Of a stretch of DNA of 49,182 bases, positions 44,440 to 49,182 are shown one piece after another. The DNA is from Aminivibrio sp. GTDB taxonomy: Bacteria; Synergistota; Synergistia; Synergistales; Aminobacteriaceae. The notes under the pieces were generated by a model, which saw nothing but the letters and a program-made list of their open reading frames with translations, did no database searches and was not told the DNA's origin. Numbering within the stretch: the first letter of the stretch is position 1; every line of letters begins with the position of its first letter. Location: the NCBI GenBank assembly GCA_050946755.1, contig JBMNVK010000001.1, positions 1 to 49,182 on the forward strand, given 5' to 3'. Made by a program: the position numbers and the translations under genes.

Positions 44440-45533
44440 ACCCTGTCCTGATATTGACCAACGGGCCCGGAGAGCTCTGGGACTGGGCAAGGCCCGTGAT
44501 AAAGGAGCTTAAGCGAAGAGGCCGAAATGTCTCCCTGCTGCTCCTGCCCTGTCAGTTTGCTTCAGGGGAGGAACGCAGAGTAGCTGAAAGCCTGCCCCTT
44601 GACGAACTGCAGGGGCCCACATCCCTGGTGAAAACCCTTAAAAATGTCCTGTCCATGGGCAAAGAGGCGGGAGCTGTCCTCCAGCTTGGAGGCGATCTCG
44701 CCTGGGGCCGGATGGCGGCCCGGGCTGGACGGTCGCCCCTTTTGTGCTATGCTTACGGAAAAAAGAAGGGAATGGCACGGTGCGACCGCTTATTCACCGC
44801 CTTCCCCTCCATGGCTGAAGCTATGGGAGCAGGAGCGGAAGTTGTGGGCGACCTGGTGAGGGATTCGCTGGGAGGCGCCCCCGGAGAGATGGCTTCAGGG
44901 GACAAAAAAACAGCCCTTTTCTTCCCCGGCAGCCGAGCAGCCATAAGAGAATTTGCCATGCCTTTTCTTAAGGAGATGCTCCCTCTGCTAAGGGCGGAGG
45001 CGCCGGACTGGGAGTTTAAAATAGCCCTCTCCCCTTTCTCCCCGGAGGACGAGGGAGAAAAGTGGCGGGAGGCGGGCTTTGCCTCTCTCCCGCGTGATGT
45101 GGCCCTTGACGGGGTATCCTTCGCCGTAACCCAGCCCGGGACCAACACTCTTGAACTCATGCACCGGGGGATACCCTTCTCCGTCCTGGTCCCCTTTGCA
45201 TCGGTTAGAAATATCCCCCTGTCCGGCCTGGCGGGCATAGTGGCTTCCCTTCCCGGGGCAGGCCCGGCTCTTAAAGAGTTCTGCCTTCGCCGCCGGGGGG
45301 CCCGGCCCGGCCTTCTTGCCTGGCCGAACCGCATCGCAGGGTGGATGGTAGCCCCGGAGCTGGTGGGGGACTTCACCCCCCGTGAAGCGGCAGAAGCGCT
45401 TCTTGTATGGCTCAGAGACAGCCCCCGAAGACAGACTCTCGGAGCGGACCTCAGGCAGATAGCGGCTCTGGCTCCCGGAGGGGGAGCCTCAAGAATCGCC
45501 GACGAAATAGAAAGGATGGCCGGCCGGCAATGA
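44436..45533 (+). CDS. LpxB-like GT-B glycosyltransferase
   Basis: LTNGPGE, FPGSR, PGTNTLE, AWPN, PEL motifs parallel LpxB. Confidence 0.75.
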   Translation: MNPVLILTNGPGELWDWARPVIKELKRRGRNVSLLLLPCQFASGEERRVAESLPLDELQGPTSLVKTLKNVLSMGKEAGAVLQLGGDLAWGRMAARAGRSPLLCYAYGKKKGMARCDRLFTAFPSMAEAMGAGAEVVGDLVRDSLGGAPGEMASGDKKTALFFPGSRAAIREFAMPFLKEMLPLLRAEAPDWEFKIALSPFSPEDEGEKWREAGFASLPRDVALDGVSFAVTQPGTNTLELMHRGIPFSVLVPFASVRNIPLSGLAGIVASLPGAGPALKEFCLRRRGARPGLLAWPNRIAGWMVAPELVGDFTPREAAEALLVWLRDSPRRQTLGADLRQIAALAPGGGASRIADEIERMAGRQ

Positions 45534-47293
45534 CAGACAGAGCGGGCACAGAAAAGAAAAGATCTATCTTTGCCAGACTTGCGGCGAGCGCCAGACCTTA
45601 CCGGAGGCGCTTCTTCGCCGCCATTCTCTGCATGATCGCGGCCTCCGCCTGCAATGTAGTCCCCCCCTGGCTTTTAAAAAACGTGGTAGACGATGTGCTT
45701 ATTGACAAAAACCTGGTAATGCTCAACATTCTGCCCTTTCTTCTGGTGGTCCTGTTTGCCGGCAAGGGCATAGCCTCCTATGGCCATCAATATCTCATGA
45801 ACTGGGTGGGCCAGAATGTGGTAATGGACCTCCGCCTGCAGCTCTACGACCACCTTCAGCGCATGTCCTTGCGCTACCTTCACGGCAGCCGGCTGGGGGA
45901 GATCATGTCCCGCATAACGAACGACGTCACCATTCTGCAGAACCTGGTCACCTCCGTAGTGGTAAACCTGGTGGTGCAGGCCGTCACCTTCCTGGGGATG
46001 GTGGGATTTCTCCTGTACATAAACTGGAAGCTCACCCTCATCACCTTCGCCATTTTGCCCCTCACAGTCCTTATCCTTGACAGAGCGGCAAAAAAACTCC
46101 GCACCGTGGGGCACGTCATCCAGAGCGAGCTGGCCGCTCTTTCTGCGGTAGTTCAGGAGGCCTTTGCCGCGGTGCGCATCGTCCGTTCCTTTGCCGCTGA
46201 AGATCTGGAGCTTGGCCGCTTCCGCAAAAGCAACCGGGAGAATTTCAGGGCAGTGATGCACGGGGTGCAGGCTCAGTCCGCCCTTGCTGCCATCATTGAG
46301 CTGGTCCTGATAGCCGCCCTTGCCCTTATCCTATGGCTCGGCGGACGGGAAGTAGTGGGAGGGGGCCAGACTCCGGGGGAGCTTATTGCCTTCCTTGGAT
46401 ACCTGGGATTCCTGGTGCAGCCCATCCGGGTCTTCACCTCTGTGGTGGGCTCCATGCAGCTGGGCCTTGCCGCGGCAGACCGGATCTTTTCCCTGCTGGA
46501 CATCCCTGCGGAGACCCGCTCGCCGGATAACCCCGTGCCCCTGGGGGTGCTGGAGGGCCGCATAACCTTCAGGGACGTCACCTTCTCCTATAAGGCGGGG
46601 CAGCCCGTTCTTAACAACATATACCTTGACATTGCGCCGGGGGAGAGGGTTGCCCTCGTGGGCCCCACCGGCTCCGGCAAGTCCACCCTGGCGGACCTGA
46701 TTCCCCGCTTTTACGATCCCGACAGCGGTACGGTGCTGGTGGACGGGACAGACGTGCGCAGGGCCGACACGGCGGAGCTCAGGAGGCAGATAGGCATCGT
46801 CCCTCAGGAGTCCCTTCTTATGAAGGGCACCATTGCCTTCAACATCTCCTACGGGCTGCCCGACCTCTCCATGGATCAGATCAGGGAGGCGGCTGAAACC
46901 GCGGGCATCCTGGCCTTCATTGAATCCCTTCCCGACGGCTTTAATACGGAAGTAGGGGAGCGGGGAGTCACCCTCAGCGGCGGCCAGAGACAGAGAATCG
47001 CCATCGCCAGGGCCATTGTCAGAAACCCCAGAATCCTGATCCTCGATGAGGCCACTTCGTCCCTCGACCTTGAAGTGGAAAAACAGGTGCAGGAGGCCAT
47101 GAGCAGCGCCATGAAGGGGCGCACCTCCCTGGTGATAGCCCACAGGCTGTCCACCATAAGAAACTCCGACAGAATCATAGTCCTGGACGGGGGAAGGATC
47201 ATAGAGCAGGGCTGCCACCGGGAGCTCATTGCCGGCGGCGGCATGTACCGCAGGCTCCATAATCTGCAGTTTGCCGGGGAGGCGAAGGCATGA
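45530..47293 (+). CDS. msbA: MsbA-like ABC exporter (lipid A flippase)
   Basis: ATG at 45530 (ATGA overlap). TM domain plus GPTGSGKST, LSGGQRQRIAIARA, ILILDEATS, IAHRLST. Located between lpxB and lpxK. Confidence 0.9.
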   Translation: MTDRAGTEKKRSIFARLAASARPYRRRFFAAILCMIAASACNVVPPWLLKNVVDDVLIDKNLVMLNILPFLLVVLFAGKGIASYGHQYLMNWVGQNVVMDLRLQLYDHLQRMSLRYLHGSRLGEIMSRITNDVTILQNLVTSVVVNLVVQAVTFLGMVGFLLYINWKLTLITFAILPLTVLILDRAAKKLRTVGHVIQSELAALSAVVQEAFAAVRIVRSFAAEDLELGRFRKSNRENFRAVMHGVQAQSALAAIIELVLIAALALILWLGGREVVGGGQTPGELIAFLGYLGFLVQPIRVFTSVVGSMQLGLAAADRIFSLLDIPAETRSPDNPVPLGVLEGRITFRDVTFSYKAGQPVLNNIYLDIAPGERVALVGPTGSGKSTLADLIPRFYDPDSGTVLVDGTDVRRADTAELRRQIGIVPQESLLMKGTIAFNISYGLPDLSMDQIREAAETAGILAFIESLPDGFNTEVGERGVTLSGGQRQRIAIARAIVRNPRILILDEATSSLDLEVEKQVQEAMSSAMKGRTSLVIAHRLSTIRNSDRIIVLDGGRIIEQGCHRELIAGGGMYRRLHNLQFAGEAKA

Positions 47294-49182
47294 GGACTCT
47301 TATCCCGGGCATGAGCCTTCTTAAAAGCTACCTTGCCTTTGCCAGGGGGGAATCGGGGCCGGGCCTTTGGGCCGCCACTTACCCCTTTGGCCTGACCGCA
47401 AGAGGCGTTGTCTCCCTGCGGAACTTTGCCTACAATCACGGCATAATGCCCCCGGTGGAGCCCTCCCTTCCCGTGATTAGCGTTGGCAATATAACCCTTG
47501 GAGGGACGAACAAGACCCCCTTTGTGGAGATGCTCTGCCGAATGCTTCAGGAGACAGGCCTTTCGGTGGGCATAGTCAGCCGGGGCTACGGCGGCAAGAC
47601 AGCGGACCCGGTGGTAATCTCCTCCGATTCCTTTACGGGCAACGACGGCTTCAGTCCAAGGGATATATCATCCCTAAGGAGCCTGGTGGGGGATGAACCC
47701 CTGCTGCTGGCCTCCCGGCTTCCCGGCGTCCCGGTGGCCGTCTCCAAGGACAGGCTGCGGGATATAGAGGCCCTGTCGGACTGCAATGTGGATGTGATAG
47801 TGGCGGACGATGCCTTCCAGCACAGGCGCATGGCCCGGGACGCCGACATCGTCCTTGTGGACGCCTGCTGTCCCTTTGGAAACGGCTGGGTGGCCCCTGC
47901 CGGCATCCTCAGAGAACCTCCTGCAGAGCTCTCCCGGGCGTCTCTGGTGGTGATCACCAAGTCAGATCAGGTTGCCCCTGAAAGACTGCAGAAACTGGCC
48001 TCAGAGATAGGCCGGCATACGCCGGAGGAGAAAATCTTCTACTCAAGGCTCTCAGTGCCCAACTGGCGCAAATGGGAGGGCCGGTGGTGCGGCGAAAAAT
48101 GCCCCCCGCCCCGTACGGTCCTTGCCTTCTCCGCCATCGGTAGCCCCGAGAGCTTCAGGAGGACTCTGGAGCAGCAGGGGGTTAAAATAATAAAAGAACA
48201 CCGCTTTAAAGACCATCACCGGTACGCCGCCGCCGACATGGAGGCCCTTGAGCGGGCCTTCGCTGATTGCGGAGCTGAGGCCATGGTCTGCACTGAAAAG
48301 GACATCTACAACCTCCCCGCTGGATGGAAGCCCTCCCGGGAGATCCTGGTACCCCTTATATCCACAGGCCTGGACGATGAAGACCGATTCAAAAAAGCCC
48401 TCGCCGCACTTCTTCAGCCTAAAATAGTTGTTGCCTCCAACGGCTACGGCGAGGACTCCATGGGCGCCCTGCTGGCGAGGAAGCTGCGGGAGCGGTATCC
48501 CGGCGCGGCCGTTTCGTCCTTCCCCATTGTGGGCAAGGGAGAGCACTACGCTAAGGAAGGCATTCCCGTGGACTCCGTCCCCGAGGACTCTCCCAGCGGC
48601 GGCGTAATAAAATACCGTTTTTCTGACCTCTGGAAGGACCTCCGCTCCGGCCTGCTGCGCTCCATTGCCCGGCAGATAGGGGCATGGAAAAAACTGAGGG
48701 GGACAATTCGCACCCCCCTCTGTGTGGGAGACGTCTACTTGCTCCTTCACGCCCTCTGGGGCCAGGGGCAGCTTCCCGTACTGGTGGCCACGGCCAAAAC
48801 CGTCTACCTAAGCGGTCACTGGCGTCTGGAGCGGTTCATAATAAAGCACAGAAGCCGCATGGCCTGGACGAGGGATAAAGAGACCGCAGAAGAGCTTCTG
48901 CGGTCCGGCGCCGCCGCCCGGTTTGACGGAAACCCCATAATGGACCTCACCTGTGATAATACTATCAGGCCCATCTCCTGGGGAGGAGAAAAAGACTTCA
49001 GCGTACTGCTCCTTCCCGGCAGCCGCCGGAGGGCCTATGAGGACATCAGGCTTCTGCTGGATGCGGCAGAGCTGCTGAACAGCGCCATACCCTGCTCCTA
49101 TCTTATGGTCATAGCCCCCACCCTGAACATGGACGAGCTTCTGGCCTCCTGCAGGGGATGGACCTCCTTTGATGAAGGGGAG
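47290..49182 (+). CDS. lpxK: Tetraacyldisaccharide 4'-kinase LpxK fused to a C-terminal LpxB-related GT-B domain (runs off the window; absent from the ORF track)
   Basis: ATG at 47290. PVISVGNITLGGTNKTP, SRGYGG, GDEPLLL, DDAFQH, GILRE. Same frame continues at 48421 with KIVVASNGYGED and later LLLPGSR. No stop before the window end. Confidence 0.88.
   Translation, partial: MRTLIPGMSLLKSYLAFARGESGPGLWAATYPFGLTARGVVSLRNFAYNHGIMPPVEPSLPVISVGNITLGGTNKTPFVEMLCRMLQETGLSVGIVSRGYGGKTADPVVISSDSFTGNDGFSPRDISSLRSLVGDEPLLLASRLPGVPVAVSKDRLRDIEALSDCNVDVIVADDAFQHRRMARDADIVLVDACCPFGNGWVAPAGILREPPAELSRASLVVITKSDQVAPERLQKLASEIGRHTPEEKIFYSRLSVPNWRKWEGRWCGEKCPPPRTVLAFSAIGSPESFRRTLEQQGVKIIKEHRFKDHHRYAAADMEALERAFADCGAEAMVCTEKDIYNLPAGWKPSREILVPLISTGLDDEDRFKKALAALLQPKIVVASNGYGEDSMGALLARKLRERYPGAAVSSFPIVGKGEHYAKEGIPVDSVPEDSPSGGVIKYRFSDLWKDLRSGLLRSIARQIGAWKKLRGTIRTPLCVGDVYLLLHALWGQGQLPVLVATAKTVYLSGHWRLERFIIKHRSRMAWTRDKETAEELLRSGAAARFDGNPIMDLTCDNTIRPISWGGEKDFSVLLLPGSRRRAYEDIRLLLDAAELLNSAIPCSYLMVIAPTLNMDELLASCRGWTSFDEGE

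Noticed and set aside
39770-48750. Long minus-strand ORFs over the lpx cluster (39770-40921, 42164-43189, 46331-47260, 48052-48750)
   Set aside because: They are antisense to clear lipid A genes, including the lpxK fusion that the ORF track missed because it lacks a stop in the window.

Overview
Bacterial chromosomal window from a flagellated diderm (LPS-making) organism. The gene content and order look Synergistota-like, but that is inference. It has three parts. (1) 1-22128, + strand: a flagellar export/chemotaxis cluster (fliY-cheY-fliOPQR-flhBAF-flhG-PilZ-cheBACD-fliA-fapA) followed by S1, DUF501 and argH. (2) 22171-32037: a ~9.8 kb integrative element at tRNA-Lys(UUU), the first gene of a Lys-Glu-Thr tRNA operon. 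It is bounded by an exact 100-bp direct repeat made of the tRNA promoter plus the 5' 41 nt of the tRNA, not the usual 3' part. It encodes a tyrosine integrase, an HTH regulator, an iteron-containing replication initiator, a DnaB-like helicase, a TerS-like HTH protein and several small unknown proteins. It has no capsid, tail or conjugation genes, so it resembles a phage satellite, and an IS5 sits upstream of its integrase. (3) 32315-49182: a sigma factor-headed outer-membrane/lipid A cluster (bamA, lpxD, lpxC, fabZ, lpxA, kdsC, lptF/G, lpxI, lpxB, lpxB-like, msbA, lpxK fusion). The most novel-looking system is the satellite-like element, with its promoter-duplicating integration, a predicted chimeric tRNA-half RNA at attL that is partly complementary to the integrase leader, and an acr/aca-like small gene pair. 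No database searches were run; family calls rest on recognised motifs.
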